64,000 nt of DNA from Flavobacteriales bacterium (GCA_040403315.1 JBBAKX010000003.1:29627-93626), one strand, 5' to 3'; counted from the first letter of the stretch, positions 47,222-57,305 are shown. The notes: generated from the letters alone by a model not told the origin. Numbers and translations are program-made.

Positions 47222-50200
47222 TTATCGAATCACTTGAATCTTTTCTGTCCAATGTTGGCTTTCTGACTCAACTTTCAAAAAGTAGGTGCCATTGGCTAGA
47301 TGACTCACCTGAATTTGGTTCGAGTTGTTTGTTTGTGCTACCAACCGACCGCTTAGATCAACAATAAATAGTCGATCTGCTGCTGCCTGATCTGGAATTC
47401 TCACCTGAAGAAATTCTTGGGCTGGATTCGGATAAACTTGCAATTGATCATCTTGATTCAGCACAGAAACGGTTGTTCCAACTTCAATCACAATGCTTAA
47501 ACTATCAGAACAATCACTATTTGACGCGTAACATATCACGCTGTAAGTTCCAGCTTCGGTGAATGTGTGGGTTGGATTTTCTAGGTTTGAAGTATTTCCA
47601 TCCCCAAAGTTCCAGAGGTAATCTGTTGCACCTTCAGTAACAATGGTAAAATCCACCATTGCATCAGGTAACATTAGAATTTCTGCTGAAGCTGCAATTT
47701 CAACAAATACAATTGGGTCGGTGTTTTCGATCGTGAAGTCGACCGTTGATGACGTTCCATCGAAGAAATCAAAGCCCAATGTGTAATCTCCAGCAGGCAT
47801 TCCTGCATAGTTGAAGCTGCTCTCAATAATATCTTGCCCTGTGAGTTCAACACCATCCGAATTAAACAGCAACAGTTGTGCTGTGCCTGGTTGCAACACA
47901 TTCAATTGCAAAGTCCCATCGTTTTCTGCGCAGCTTTCGGCTGTAACTTCCAATGAAATCTGCATTTGATTGAGGTTCCAATTGGCTTGAGCATTGGCTG
48001 CCGATTCTTCAATTTCTGCCAACGAATTGCCTCCCAAAATGGCGAAGGCATAAATGGCAGAATCGCCTGGTGCGATGGTTTCTCCCCAAGTACCTATGAA
48101 CGCAGCCACATCTCCAACGTTGCTGTTATTTCTGGTTGCATTTCCTGAAAGCACATTGAATTTCTCTTGGTTCGTGAATCCATCATACAACTGAATACTT
48201 CCGCCAGTTCCGTCGCTGTTGAAGCAATAAGCGCTACCATCTTGCCAGCTGAGGAGTTTCACTGCCATATATCGGTTGGTTTGAGACGCATCATAGGCAT
48301 AAACCATTTTACGAATCGGATCCCAAGTACACACATTCGATGCAGCATTTTGGATGTCCCAATCGGTGAAAATGCCACCGAAAACATCTGAAGCTACTGC
48401 ATTTCCTGTGTTTTTTACTATGTATTCCATCACCACATGGTTCGAAAGTTCACCTTCGGTAGATGCATAAGCACGCTGCCGAATTGAAAGTGGTTGCGCA
48501 CCCGCAGCATTGGTGCTAAACTTCGATACAATTTCTTTGTCGCCCGCGGAAGGATTTTCGATTTCTCGAACTGCATCGATCCGCGTGAAGTTATTGTCGT
48601 AGCCTGGAATCACTTCTGCATACACGTTGTCTGCAACTAGTCCGTCGCTGCCCAACATAAATCCCGAAGCATACATCTGACTGCCACTGTTGTTGAGCGA
48701 AACGCCCAATCCATCTGTAGCGTAATCGGCGTTATAACCGATACTTCCACGCGAGGTAACTGTGGTATGTAAGTTGTTGATTGCAAGATCCATGTAATCT
48801 TTGTTCACCCGAACGCTGATGTATTCGAATGCTGAGTAATTGGTTGCTGGATCGGTGTAGGTAAGTTTGAAAATCACATCTTCATTGATGGATGCGCTGT
48901 TCAGAACAACAATTTCGAATGGTGAAGCAGTGTTGCTTACCGATTGAAGGGTGTTGATTACGCCAGCATTGTGGCCTCCTTGAAGGATCTGTATGTTTGG
49001 ATTTTCGGTGCTGATTTGAACAGCAAGTGCGTTTGTCGGACTAAGATAATTGAAGAAATCGCCCACCACTTCCATCGTATCGCCTGCCACAATGAAATAA
49101 CTTCCATTGCTACTAAACTGATAGTTTTGGAAGCGTACAGATGGGATTTCCGGATCATTCAGCGCACGAAGAGTATTCAATCGGCCTGAACCTAACAGAT
49201 GGTAACGGTTTTCATTCCCCGGAAGGGTATAGATTGATGTATCGGATGTAACGCGCAAACGTTCAGCGATTTGCTGAGCAGTATAGGATGGGAAATGGCT
49301 TTTCACTAGAGCCGCAGCGCCGGCCACAAGTGGGGCAGAGAAGGACGTTCCAGAACTGATGTCGTATCCATTAAATGGCGAGCATGAAAGAAGCAATTCT
49401 CCTGGAGCAACAATATCGAGCATCGGACCATAAGTAGAAAGCGACCAAGCCAAATCGGTTGATCCCGTTGCGCCAACGCTCATCACGCCTTCGTATGATG
49501 CTGGATAATAGTTCTCGTTAATCCCAGAATTACCAGCTGCAGCAATGATCAGTGCATCATTGTTGGTGATGGCATACTGAATAACTTCTTCAGCGAATGG
49601 ACTTGGGAAGGTGCTTCCCCAGCTAGCGTTGATGATTTTACAACCAAGATCACTTAAATATACTATGCCTTCATAGCCAAAATTAAATCCGTTGGCATCG
49701 TCGATTCTCACAGGTACAAATTTGCAGCGGTAAGCATTTCCTGAGATTCCGATTCCATTGTTGGTGGTTGCGGAACTCATTCCGGTAGTGAACATTCCAT
49801 GCGGCGACAATGTGGCCGTTGGATCGTTGGTGTTTGAAACAGTATTCCAACCTCGATAATCGTCGATATAACCGTTGTTGTCGTCGTCGATTCCATTGAT
49901 AGGATCGGCAATGTTGAAGCGAACGTTTCCAAGATCTTGGTGGTCGAACTGAATACCTGCATCGGTAATTCCGATATAAACACTTGAATCGCCTTCTTCA
50001 ATATCGAAGGCTTCGAATGTTTTAATTAAAGCATGATGATATTGCTGACTAATTTGTGGATCGTTAGGCGTGAACATCGGTTTGTGCACGTAGCGCGGCT
50101 GAACCCATTCGAACAATCCGGTTTTATTAAGAAGCATAGCCACTTCACGAAAGTCCTTGTCGGACTGGTATTTCAGTGAAAGGATGAGACTCAAATCGAC

Positions 50201-50485
50201 CAGTTTTTTACCTGAACTATTGGTTTCCTTACGCAGCTTGTTTATGTGCATGAAAATCTTCTTGGAAGAAGTTACACCAAGCTGACTCGTTACGTTTTTT
50301 AACGCCGCAATTTCTGAAGGATCAGTGTTGATAAGGTTTCTGTAGGATTCTTTGTATTTTAGAATCATTTCGCCTGGCACCACATCCGAAGCTTGAACAG
50401 CTTGAGGAATAGTGTATGATTGTGCATCCGATAGCATCGGAGACATTAGTAAAGAAAGGCAAAGTAGTAAGTTGAGGTTCTTCAT
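47222..50485 (-). CDS. Subtilisin-like S8 serine peptidase with PKD domain and T9SS C-terminal sorting domain (1087 aa)
   Basis: Signal peptide. S8 triad regions (GITDAGI, HGMFTTG, GTSFSAPLVAGAAALV). PKD-like WNFGDGNTSNLENPTHTFTEAGTYSV. C-terminal LQVYPNPAQEFLQV...LANGTYFLKVES...KIQVIR T9SS CTD. Confidence 0.85.
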   Translation of the reverse strand: MKNLNLLLCLSLLMSPMLSDAQSYTIPQAVQASDVVPGEMILKYKESYRNLINTDPSEIAALKNVTSQLGVTSSKKIFMHINKLRKETNSSGKKLVDLSLILSLKYQSDKDFREVAMLLNKTGLFEWVQPRYVHKPMFTPNDPQISQQYHHALIKTFEAFDIEEGDSSVYIGITDAGIQFDHQDLGNVRFNIADPINGIDDDNNGYIDDYRGWNTVSNTNDPTATLSPHGMFTTGMSSATTNNGIGISGNAYRCKFVPVRIDDANGFNFGYEGIVYLSDLGCKIINASWGSTFPSPFAEEVIQYAITNNDALIIAAAGNSGINENYYPASYEGVMSVGATGSTDLAWSLSTYGPMLDIVAPGELLLSCSPFNGYDISSGTSFSAPLVAGAAALVKSHFPSYTAQQIAERLRVTSDTSIYTLPGNENRYHLLGSGRLNTLRALNDPEIPSVRFQNYQFSSNGSYFIVAGDTMEVVGDFFNYLSPTNALAVQISTENPNIQILQGGHNAGVINTLQSVSNTASPFEIVVLNSASINEDVIFKLTYTDPATNYSAFEYISVRVNKDYMDLAINNLHTTVTSRGSIGYNADYATDGLGVSLNNSGSQMYASGFMLGSDGLVADNVYAEVIPGYDNNFTRIDAVREIENPSAGDKEIVSKFSTNAAGAQPLSIRQRAYASTEGELSNHVVMEYIVKNTGNAVASDVFGGIFTDWDIQNAASNVCTWDPIRKMVYAYDASQTNRYMAVKLLSWQDGSAYCFNSDGTGGSIQLYDGFTNQEKFNVLSGNATRNNSNVGDVAAFIGTWGETIAPGDSAIYAFAILGGNSLAEIEESAANAQANWNLNQMQISLEVTAESCAENDGTLQLNVLQPGTAQLLLFNSDGVELTGQDIIESSFNYAGMPAGDYTLGFDFFDGTSSTVDFTIENTDPIVFVEIAASAEILMLPDAMVDFTIVTEGATDYLWNFGDGNTSNLENPTHTFTEAGTYSVICYASNSDCSDSLSIVIEVGTTVSVLNQDDQLQVYPNPAQEFLQVRIPDQAAADRLFIVDLSGRLVAQTNNSNQIQVSHLANGTYFLKVESESQHWTEKIQVIR

Positions 50486-50594
50486 GAACTTCGAATGATT
50501 AATGGATTTAACGACTGAATCTTGAATTCGTTTGTTTAACCATGAATGAGCTTGAAGGGTTATCGAAGAAATAGAATCTTACTTACATAACAAA

Positions 50595-51263
50595 TTAATC
50601 GCGCCAGAGGAATGGAAATAGCATGTAAGCCAATGCGACTACAATCAGGTTGATCGATAGCAATGCGAAAATGTAAGGACTTTGGATGCTGTGATCTAAA
50701 CCATCAACGGCATTTTTAGAAAATCGAATCAAAACAATCAACATAGGAATTACCACAGGGAAACTCAAAATGGCCATGAGCGTGCTGTTTTGGCGCGTTT
50801 TAGCAGCTATTGCAGCTACAAGCGTAAGGATCGATGAAAATCCTGAACTTCCTAATACCAATGCCCAAAAGAAGTAGAGTTGATCTTGAACCAGATTACC
50901 GATTAAAAGGCTGTAAATGATGTATCCGACCAAAGTGATAACAAGCATGAGCAGTGCATTGTAAATAATTCTAGAAAGAATTATCGCTTGCGCTGAAGCC
51001 AATGTGTAATAATAAAGCAATCGTCCACGGCTTTCGGTACTAAAGCTTTTCGAAGTTGCATTTACTGCAGTAAACAAAATGATGATCCAAAAAAGCGCGT
51101 TCCAAGTGGGCACATCCACCAAGGTTTTGAACGACAAATAGCAAACAAATACAGTTGAAACTACATACAACAAAATGGCATTCAAGGCGTAACGCTGCTT
51201 GAGTTCCAAGGTGATTTCCCTTTTGAGGAGTTGAATAATTTCGCGGCCAACATGCGACTTCAT
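50595..51263 (-). CDS. CcmB-like heme-exporter-type ABC permease (6 TM)
   Basis: 222 aa. Collinear resemblance to E. coli CcmB (charged N-terminus LELKQRYALNAILLYV; FPVVIPMLIV; C-terminal hydrophobic segment). No ccmA or ccmC neighbour in the window. Confidence 0.45.
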   Translation of the reverse strand: MKSHVGREIIQLLKREITLELKQRYALNAILLYVVSTVFVCYLSFKTLVDVPTWNALFWIIILFTAVNATSKSFSTESRGRLLYYYTLASAQAIILSRIIYNALLMLVITLVGYIIYSLLIGNLVQDQLYFFWALVLGSSGFSSILTLVAAIAAKTRQNSTLMAILSFPVVIPMLIVLIRFSKNAVDGLDHSIQSPYIFALLSINLIVVALAYMLFPFLWRD

Positions 51264-51431
51264 AGGTCAAATGTACTGCCTAATCGGAAATTTCAATTAC
51301 GCTGTTTAGACTAATGAAAGCTTATGTATTCAGAATCATCATAAAATTGCTCACTACTTAGCTATTGGAACACATAAATAAGTGCAGAGGAGATTGGCAG
51401 AGATTGCTTTAATTTGTGGCAAATTTTTAAA

Positions 51432-52142
51432 ATGAAACTTGATATTCTGGCTTTCGGCGCGCATCCGGATGATATTGAAATCTCTGTGGGCGGTACGTTG
51501 ATTTCTGAAGTTCGACAAGGAAAGAAGCTTGGTTTGATAGATCTCACCAGAGGTGAAATGGGAACCCGAGGCACTGTTGAAATTAGAAATCAGGAATCAG
51601 AAGAGGCTAAGAAGATTATAGGTGCTATGGTTCGGGAAAATCTCGAAATGCCTGATGCTTTTCTGGAAACGAACGCTATGAATTTGGAGAAGGTTATTCG
51701 TGTGATTCGCAAGTATCAACCAGATATTGTGATAACCAATGCGCCTTCTGATCGCCACCCAGACCATGGCCATGCTACGTCTTTGGTGGTTGAAGCATGC
51801 TTTAAAGCGGGTTTAAGGAAGTATATTGTTGATGGCACTGGTGAGAATGCTTGGAGGCCTAAAGTGGTTTATCAGTATATGCAGTTTTACCACCACAAGC
51901 CCGATTTTGTATACGATATTAGTGCTGTAATTGATCAAAAATTAGCGTGTGTTTTAGCACACAAATCTCAGTTTTACAACCCAGATTCAAACGAACCCGA
52001 AACGGTGATCGCCTCTCCACAGTTTAAAGAAAACATTAGGGCACGCGCTTCAGAATATGGCCTACAAGCAGGTTTTGAATTTGGAGAACCTTTGATGGTG
52101 ATTCGATTTCTAGGCGTACGCAGTCTCAGCGATCTCTATTAA
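51432..52142 (+). CDS. PIG-L/LmbE-family N-acetylglucosaminyl deacetylase (bacillithiol BshB1-like)
   Basis: LAFGAHPDDIEISVGGT...DLTRGEMGTRGT...PDHGHA are the zinc-binding LmbE motifs. ATG at 51432 preferred over the TTG at 51414 used by the ORF track. Confidence 0.75.
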   Translation: MKLDILAFGAHPDDIEISVGGTLISEVRQGKKLGLIDLTRGEMGTRGTVEIRNQESEEAKKIIGAMVRENLEMPDAFLETNAMNLEKVIRVIRKYQPDIVITNAPSDRHPDHGHATSLVVEACFKAGLRKYIVDGTGENAWRPKVVYQYMQFYHHKPDFVYDISAVIDQKLACVLAHKSQFYNPDSNEPETVIASPQFKENIRARASEYGLQAGFEFGEPLMVIRFLGVRSLSDLY

Positions 52143-52164
52143 AAGGTTCGGGATAACACAAAAA

Positions 52165-52200
52165 AGTCCCGGCTGATTAGATCAACCGGGACTTTTCGTT
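52165..52200. terminator. Bidirectional rho-independent terminator between the convergent bshB1-like and ppiD-like genes
   Basis: AGTCCCGG-13 nt loop-CCGGGACT with A-rich 5-prime and T-rich 3-prime flanks. Confidence 0.55.
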
Positions 52201-52213
52201 TATTCTATAATCT

Positions 52214-54340
52214 CTAGAAGAAGCGGTAGCGTCTGTCTTCAACGCCTGCTTTTTTCTGCAAGCTTGTGTAAACACCCATGTCAACACGGCCTTGACTACT
52301 TCCGATTAATTGTCTTTTAAGTTCTTTGATGTCGCCAGTCATTGGAGGTGCTTCTGTAATTGTTTCAACAACATACACAAAAACACCTGCATTTCCGCGA
52401 ACTGGACCATTCAAAACATTGATTTTTGAGTAAGGAATTATCCCAGCCAATTTTGGTTCATAACCATAATTAGGTAAAGAATAAGACGCGAAATTTACTG
52501 AGTTAGGCGCATCAACATTTAGTTTTACACGCGCAGCAAAAGCATCAATAGTTGTTGCACCTGCTAAAGCAAATTCTTTTTCGAACAACTCGCCTTTTTT
52601 CATGCGTTTCACCAACGGTTCGATATCCTCTTTCACTTGATCAAGTGGAGGAACGCCTTTATCGCGCTTTCCTGTAAGAGCAGCAACCACGTATTTACCG
52701 TCAAGTTCAAGCACTTTAGTAACGGTGTTTAAATCTGTTTCATCATTGAATGCCCATGTTACCAACTCGCGAGAATTTGCTAAGTCGTTTACTTGACGGT
52801 CTGTTGGACGAATACTGTTTGCTTTTACAATGAAGATTTTCTTTTCGTCAGCCTTCTTTTTAAATGCTTCGTAGTTCTCAGCAGTTACTGCGAAATCGTT
52901 TGCAGAATTGAAAACTGCTTCGTTGGTTTTGTTTGAAGGCTCAACCGGACGACTAATGAATACCAATGATGCTTTGTTGGTTGGCTTCGTTTTGTCTTGG
53001 ATATTGATCAAGTGTGTACCGAATTGCGTTTTAACAACAACTAAGTCGCCAACTTTTCCATCAAAGCATGCGCTGTTAAATTCTGGAACCATTGCTCCTT
53101 CAGGGAAAAAACCTAGATCTCCACCTTTGATTTTCGAACCAGGATCGTCAGAAAGCATCGTTGCAAGAGCAGCAAAATCTCCACCCGCTTGGATGACCTT
53201 TTTCAACGAATCAGCTTTCGCCATCGCTGCAATTTCAGTAATTCCTTTTTGTGTTGAGATAAGGATGTGTCGTGCTTTTACAGAATCAGATGCAGATTTG
53301 AAGCCACGTAGTTTTACAACTTTCACATCGTTACCATCCACGAAAGGACCGTAGACTGTTCCTGGCGTTCCAGCAAACACTGCAGAGTCGATTTGGATAT
53401 TTAAGCTTCCACGTTTTACACTTTCTTCGCGGAAACCGCTTGAAGAGTTAGCGTTAGCGAAAAGTGTATCGTTTGCAGCTGCTTGGAATTGTGTTTTGAT
53501 TTGCTCCATTGAGCCCATTAATTCAGCACGGTCTTCTGGAGTTGGGTTTACTTGGAAAACGACATATTCAAGCTTACGGGTTTCATCCTGTTGCTCAAGT
53601 TCATGTTTGTGCTCGTCGTAGTATTTTTTGTAATCGTCGTCTGAAATTTTCACCAACGAATCAGCTAACAAATCGTAGCTTTTACCAACCATACGGTAAG
53701 TTACTGAACGACCTCTTTCATTGTATGAATTTTTCGCCTGAGCGGTAGTAACATACATTGCCTTTTTGATCAGGTTGTTGTACTTCGCTTTTCTTCTAGC
53801 TTTCATCAACGATTGTTCGAAGTCAGACCATGATTCGCGGAATTTACCGTCAGGATCATTTTCTTCAGATAGTTGTGTTTTCAAAAAGCGAATTACACGG
53901 TTGCGATCGAATTGACGTGTAATTGAATCTTGGAATAATGGAATTTGCTGAACTTGAGGATCGACATTGTCACCTTGAACCATGTCGAAAAGTTCATCTT
54001 CAGCCACATTAACACCTGTGCTGTTAAATTCTTTATCGAAAAGATACTGATCTAAATATTCGTTCCAAAGATCGTTGATGAGTTGTTGGCGAACATTTTC
54101 ATCAACGCTTGAGGCATTTTGATTGCGTTTGTATTTTTCTTCAGCTGCATTTAAGCGACTTGCGAACTCCTCTCCAGAAACACTGTTTCCATTGATTTCG
54201 CCAATAGTGTTGGCGCCACCTCTGAACATAGAATTTCCTGAGGAAAACAAATCCTGAAGGACAAATGATACAAGTGCAAGTCCAATTACAATTACAACGA
54301 TAGTACCTGCGCGTGAACGGATTCTTTCTAAAACGGCCAT
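52214..54340 (-). CDS. Periplasmic chaperone / peptidyl-prolyl cis-trans isomerase (PpiD/SurA-like, parvulin domain)
   Basis: N-terminal membrane anchor (RAGTIVVIVIGLALVSFVL). SurA-N-like chaperone region. Parvulin motif VKARHILIST...GGDLGFF. 708 aa. Confidence 0.75.
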   Translation of the reverse strand: MAVLERIRSRAGTIVVIVIGLALVSFVLQDLFSSGNSMFRGGANTIGEINGNSVSGEEFASRLNAAEEKYKRNQNASSVDENVRQQLINDLWNEYLDQYLFDKEFNSTGVNVAEDELFDMVQGDNVDPQVQQIPLFQDSITRQFDRNRVIRFLKTQLSEENDPDGKFRESWSDFEQSLMKARRKAKYNNLIKKAMYVTTAQAKNSYNERGRSVTYRMVGKSYDLLADSLVKISDDDYKKYYDEHKHELEQQDETRKLEYVVFQVNPTPEDRAELMGSMEQIKTQFQAAANDTLFANANSSSGFREESVKRGSLNIQIDSAVFAGTPGTVYGPFVDGNDVKVVKLRGFKSASDSVKARHILISTQKGITEIAAMAKADSLKKVIQAGGDFAALATMLSDDPGSKIKGGDLGFFPEGAMVPEFNSACFDGKVGDLVVVKTQFGTHLINIQDKTKPTNKASLVFISRPVEPSNKTNEAVFNSANDFAVTAENYEAFKKKADEKKIFIVKANSIRPTDRQVNDLANSRELVTWAFNDETDLNTVTKVLELDGKYVVAALTGKRDKGVPPLDQVKEDIEPLVKRMKKGELFEKEFALAGATTIDAFAARVKLNVDAPNSVNFASYSLPNYGYEPKLAGIIPYSKINVLNGPVRGNAGVFVYVVETITEAPPMTGDIKELKRQLIGSSQGRVDMGVYTSLQKKAGVEDRRYRFF

Positions 54341-54445
54341 TTTAAGTTTATTGGTCTTTTATTTTCGGGCTGCGAATATAAGGATTCTTCCATTAATTCT
54401 AAATCCGAAAAATTGGTTTTGAAAATTGTATATTAAATATGAAGA

Positions 54446-54673
54446 TTAAGCATCGCCTTTATTTTCAATGCTGCTGTTATTCATTTTCTCTATTTTTCTT
54501 CTTTGATATCTGCGCAGTGCAAATAATGCTGAAGCTGCAAAAGTTGCAAACAAGGGCATCCTGGCTGAATCGAACTTTTGTTCTACCATTAACCAAATGC
54601 TTAAAACGGCCATCATTCCAGCTACAACCAGCCAGAAGATTTCCATCACTCTGAAAATTTTGTGATTATTCAT
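54446..54673 (-). CDS. Small 2-TM membrane protein, translationally coupled to lptC-like gene
   Basis: 75 aa with two hydrophobic helices. Its start overlaps the upstream gene's stop by 8 nt. The opposite-strand ORF 54439..54654 looks like an artefact (Cys/Phe-rich, no context). Confidence 0.3.
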   Translation of the reverse strand: MNNHKIFRVMEIFWLVVAGMMAVLSIWLMVEQKFDSARMPLFATFAASALFALRRYQRRKIEKMNNSSIENKGDA

Positions 54674-55205
54674 TTTTAACGCTTACGATTCCACTGATAT
54701 TGACAATTCTGTATTTACTGAAATCTTGATCCGATTCGAAACCATCCCCATAGATTACTTCAGAAGGCGATGTGATTTTAGAGAACTTCTCAGAATGAAT
54801 TCGACCCGTTTTCTGGTCCCAGATTAATTCTTCAGTATTCAATCTTTTTCCTTCTGCATTCCACAACTGTACGTCGTTTCGAGCAATCATTTGTTCCTTT
54901 TTGTTGTAACTGATTGCATATTTGGCTACCATGTGTCCCGATTCTTTTCCATCCACATCATAGAAAATCATGTCGACTCCTTTGATAAATTCGATGTATT
55001 CTTCTTCTCCCAAATAGGTATCGCGCTGCGGAGCCTTAATTTTCGCGCGCAGTTTAGCGGAATCAGAATACAACATTTCTATGTTTTTGGTGGATGAAAC
55101 CGGAAGTATTTTATCTGAATTGATTTTTCTTACTTCAACAGGATCATTCGTACATGAAACCATGCAGAAGCTCAGCCAACAAAGGAAAATGAAAATTCGA
55201 AGCAT
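54666..55205 (-). CDS. LptC-like LPS-export periplasmic lipoprotein
   Basis: N-terminal lipobox (VSCTN). About 180 aa beta-jellyroll-like sequence with the LptC-type pattern (SAKLRAKIKAP...IEFIKGVDMIFYD). Start overlaps the upstream stop by 1 nt. Confidence 0.5.
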   Translation of the reverse strand: MLRIFIFLCWLSFCMVSCTNDPVEVRKINSDKILPVSSTKNIEMLYSDSAKLRAKIKAPQRDTYLGEEEYIEFIKGVDMIFYDVDGKESGHMVAKYAISYNKKEQMIARNDVQLWNAEGKRLNTEELIWDQKTGRIHSEKFSKITSPSEVIYGDGFESDQDFSKYRIVNISGIVSVKNE

Positions 55206-56596
55206 TATTCAAATCGCGTTCTAACAAACCACCGGTCGTTTAGTGAAAAGGAAATGCTTACTCTGAATATTTGTTCTGACAATAAATTAGGATTAATGCT
55301 TCCCCTCTGTCCGTAAGACAAAGCAATATTCATCATACTCGTAACAGGCTTTCTATAATATGTAGGAATCGTGAATGGAAGTCCAACGCCTAAACTCAAT
55401 CCAAATTCAGCAACGTTGTTTCCATTGATTCTGAGCATTCCATCCGAATAGTATCCACCCAAGCGGTAGGCAGCGTTTCTAAAAGTGCCAGTTTTATTCG
55501 GTTGTGGGATAAACTGAAAGCCAGCAGAAGCAGTATAGCATGAACGTACCGAATCGGAATTGTTGAACAGTCTAAATGACGACCAGTCTGTGTAACGGTA
55601 ATCGGCTGTGAACATCCATTTTTTATTTGAGTTCGACAAGCTAAGCCCAGCGCCATATTGCATAGGCATCACAATTTGCCCTTTAAGACTTTCCTTATTC
55701 AGAACGGTATCGATAACCGTAGCAAAGTCACTCGTTCCGAAGAATGATTCAGCAGTATAATTGTAGTTGCCCGTTAAATTGAGCGATGGTTTAAAGGTGA
55801 ATCCGAACTTTAAGTGAAGAGAATCTTTATTGCTTTTTTGCTTTTGAACAATTCCCTGCTCAAGTACTAAATTGCTTTTGATTTTTGGAGTTTTGCTCCT
55901 AAATCGAATTTGGTAAGTAAGTCCAAATTTGGCATCAAAATCCTTCACTTGATTGGTAGCAGTTGTTTTACTCGACCGAATTTGTAGTTGCTGATCAGGG
56001 AAATTAACTTCAGTAACATAGTTCGATTTTCCGAAAATATATCTGAATTCTGCTCCGATGGCTAGATCTTTATAAATCTGAATTGAATTGGTGAGTCCAA
56101 CTGCAGAAATTCCACCTTTCCCGTTGTAATTGTAACTGATCAGGCCTTCCGCTTCGGTTTCGATACTGTCGCGCAGGGTATAGCCCATATTTGTAATCGG
56201 CATTAAATGCACTGCGGCGGTCCAACGTTTTTTGATCAATGGAAACGCGAGCGCTACCGAACTATATCCAGCTGTTGTACCTCTATTTTTCAATTTGGCA
56301 GTCGAATAATCAACCAATCCACCCGAAATTGATCCTTCAAAAATACTTACCCCACGGGCGATGCTCGTTAATGAGGCAGGTTGGGCAAGGTTAAGTACTG
56401 AAGAGTCATTTGCCGCGTGGTAACTTCCACCGAGCGACTGGCTCCAAGCTGAAGGATTCGGTAGATTGTCGCCAAGAGCATATCTGCCGTAAGGCGACTG
56501 ACTAAGGTTTTGAGCATTAATTCCAATAGATGGAATCAAAATCAAACCTAATAAGTAGATTGAAAAATTAAGCTTTCTGATGGAGAAGAATTTCAT
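55205..56596 (-). CDS. Putative outer-membrane beta-barrel protein (signal peptide, ends in aromatic/F)
   Basis: 463 aa. Signal peptide LLGLILIPSIGINAQ. Amphipathic beta-strand periodicity. C-terminal RTRFE. Sits in the coaX-lptC neighbourhood. Confidence 0.45.
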   Translation of the reverse strand: MKFFSIRKLNFSIYLLGLILIPSIGINAQNLSQSPYGRYALGDNLPNPSAWSQSLGGSYHAANDSSVLNLAQPASLTSIARGVSIFEGSISGGLVDYSTAKLKNRGTTAGYSSVALAFPLIKKRWTAAVHLMPITNMGYTLRDSIETEAEGLISYNYNGKGGISAVGLTNSIQIYKDLAIGAEFRYIFGKSNYVTEVNFPDQQLQIRSSKTTATNQVKDFDAKFGLTYQIRFRSKTPKIKSNLVLEQGIVQKQKSNKDSLHLKFGFTFKPSLNLTGNYNYTAESFFGTSDFATVIDTVLNKESLKGQIVMPMQYGAGLSLSNSNKKWMFTADYRYTDWSSFRLFNNSDSVRSCYTASAGFQFIPQPNKTGTFRNAAYRLGGYYSDGMLRINGNNVAEFGLSLGVGLPFTIPTYYRKPVTSMMNIALSYGQRGSINPNLLSEQIFRVSISFSLNDRWFVRTRFE

Positions 56597-57305
56597 TGAG
56601 TCCTTTCAAAGTTAGCCAAGGTTCTGGCTGTACGCTGGTTTTAAGATTGCGCTCCAGCAGGGCGAAGTCGCCTCCAGTAATAATTACCTGAAGGTCTTTG
56701 TGTGTCATTTGATATTGTTCAAGTATACCTTTCACTTCGGCCAAAGCTCCATTGATTACTCCGGATTGAATGGCTTCTCGTGTGTTTTTGCCGATCAAAT
56801 AAATTGTATCGGTTCTGTTAAGCAATGGCAATCGTGCAGTGAATTCGTGTAAAGCCCTAAAACGCATATCGATTCCTGGTGAAATAGATCCACCAAAATA
56901 TTCATTTTTACGGGTGATGAAATCAAACTTAATGCAAGTTCCAGCATCTATAACCACAACTGGTTTGTCTGGGAAAATCATGTTAGCAGCAACTGCATTT
57001 GAAATACGATCATGGCCAAGTGTTTCTGGTGATTCGTATTTGTTTTCAATTGGCAATTGTGTGTCTGGTGTGAAATAGCTAAACGGAATTTCAGCGCGTT
57101 TCAAGAAAGCTTCGAGTTCTGGCTGGCCTTGAGCTACGTTACTAATAAATGCACGGGTAGGTTCAGATGGTATTAACTTGAGCAATGATTCTTCCAACTC
57201 CTGCGCATCGCTGCGAGATGCTCTAACAGCGCGAATCAGCTGACGGTCCCTAAAACAGGCCGCCTTGATAGCTGTATTCCCAACATCGATCAGTAAGTTT
57301 ACCAT
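56568..57305 (-). CDS. coaX: Type III pantothenate kinase
   Basis: MVNLLIDVGNTAIKAA start (ASKHA fold phosphate-1 motif). VIDAGTCIKFD. GGDFALL region. 245 aa. Confidence 0.85.
   Translation of the reverse strand: MVNLLIDVGNTAIKAACFRDRQLIRAVRASRSDAQELEESLLKLIPSEPTRAFISNVAQGQPELEAFLKRAEIPFSYFTPDTQLPIENKYESPETLGHDRISNAVAANMIFPDKPVVVIDAGTCIKFDFITRKNEYFGGSISPGIDMRFRALHEFTARLPLLNRTDTIYLIGKNTREAIQSGVINGALAEVKGILEQYQMTHKDLQVIITGGDFALLERNLKTSVQPEPWLTLKGLNEILLHQKA

Noticed and set aside
51414-51431. TTG start used by the ORF track for the PIG-L deacetylase gene, and the TTG at 34261 for the helicase
   Set aside because: In both cases an in-frame ATG lies 6-18 nt downstream and gives a family-typical N-terminus (MKLDILAFGAHPDD; MTDFSQLDDW), so I used the ATG starts. 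The TTG start at 63180 was retained only because no ATG exists in the first 60 codons.
54439-54654. Plus-strand 71-aa ORF (MKIKHRLYFQCCCYSF...)
   Set aside because: Antisense to a more plausible 2-TM small protein that is translationally coupled to the lptC-like gene. Its composition (poly-Cys/Phe) is atypical for real proteins.
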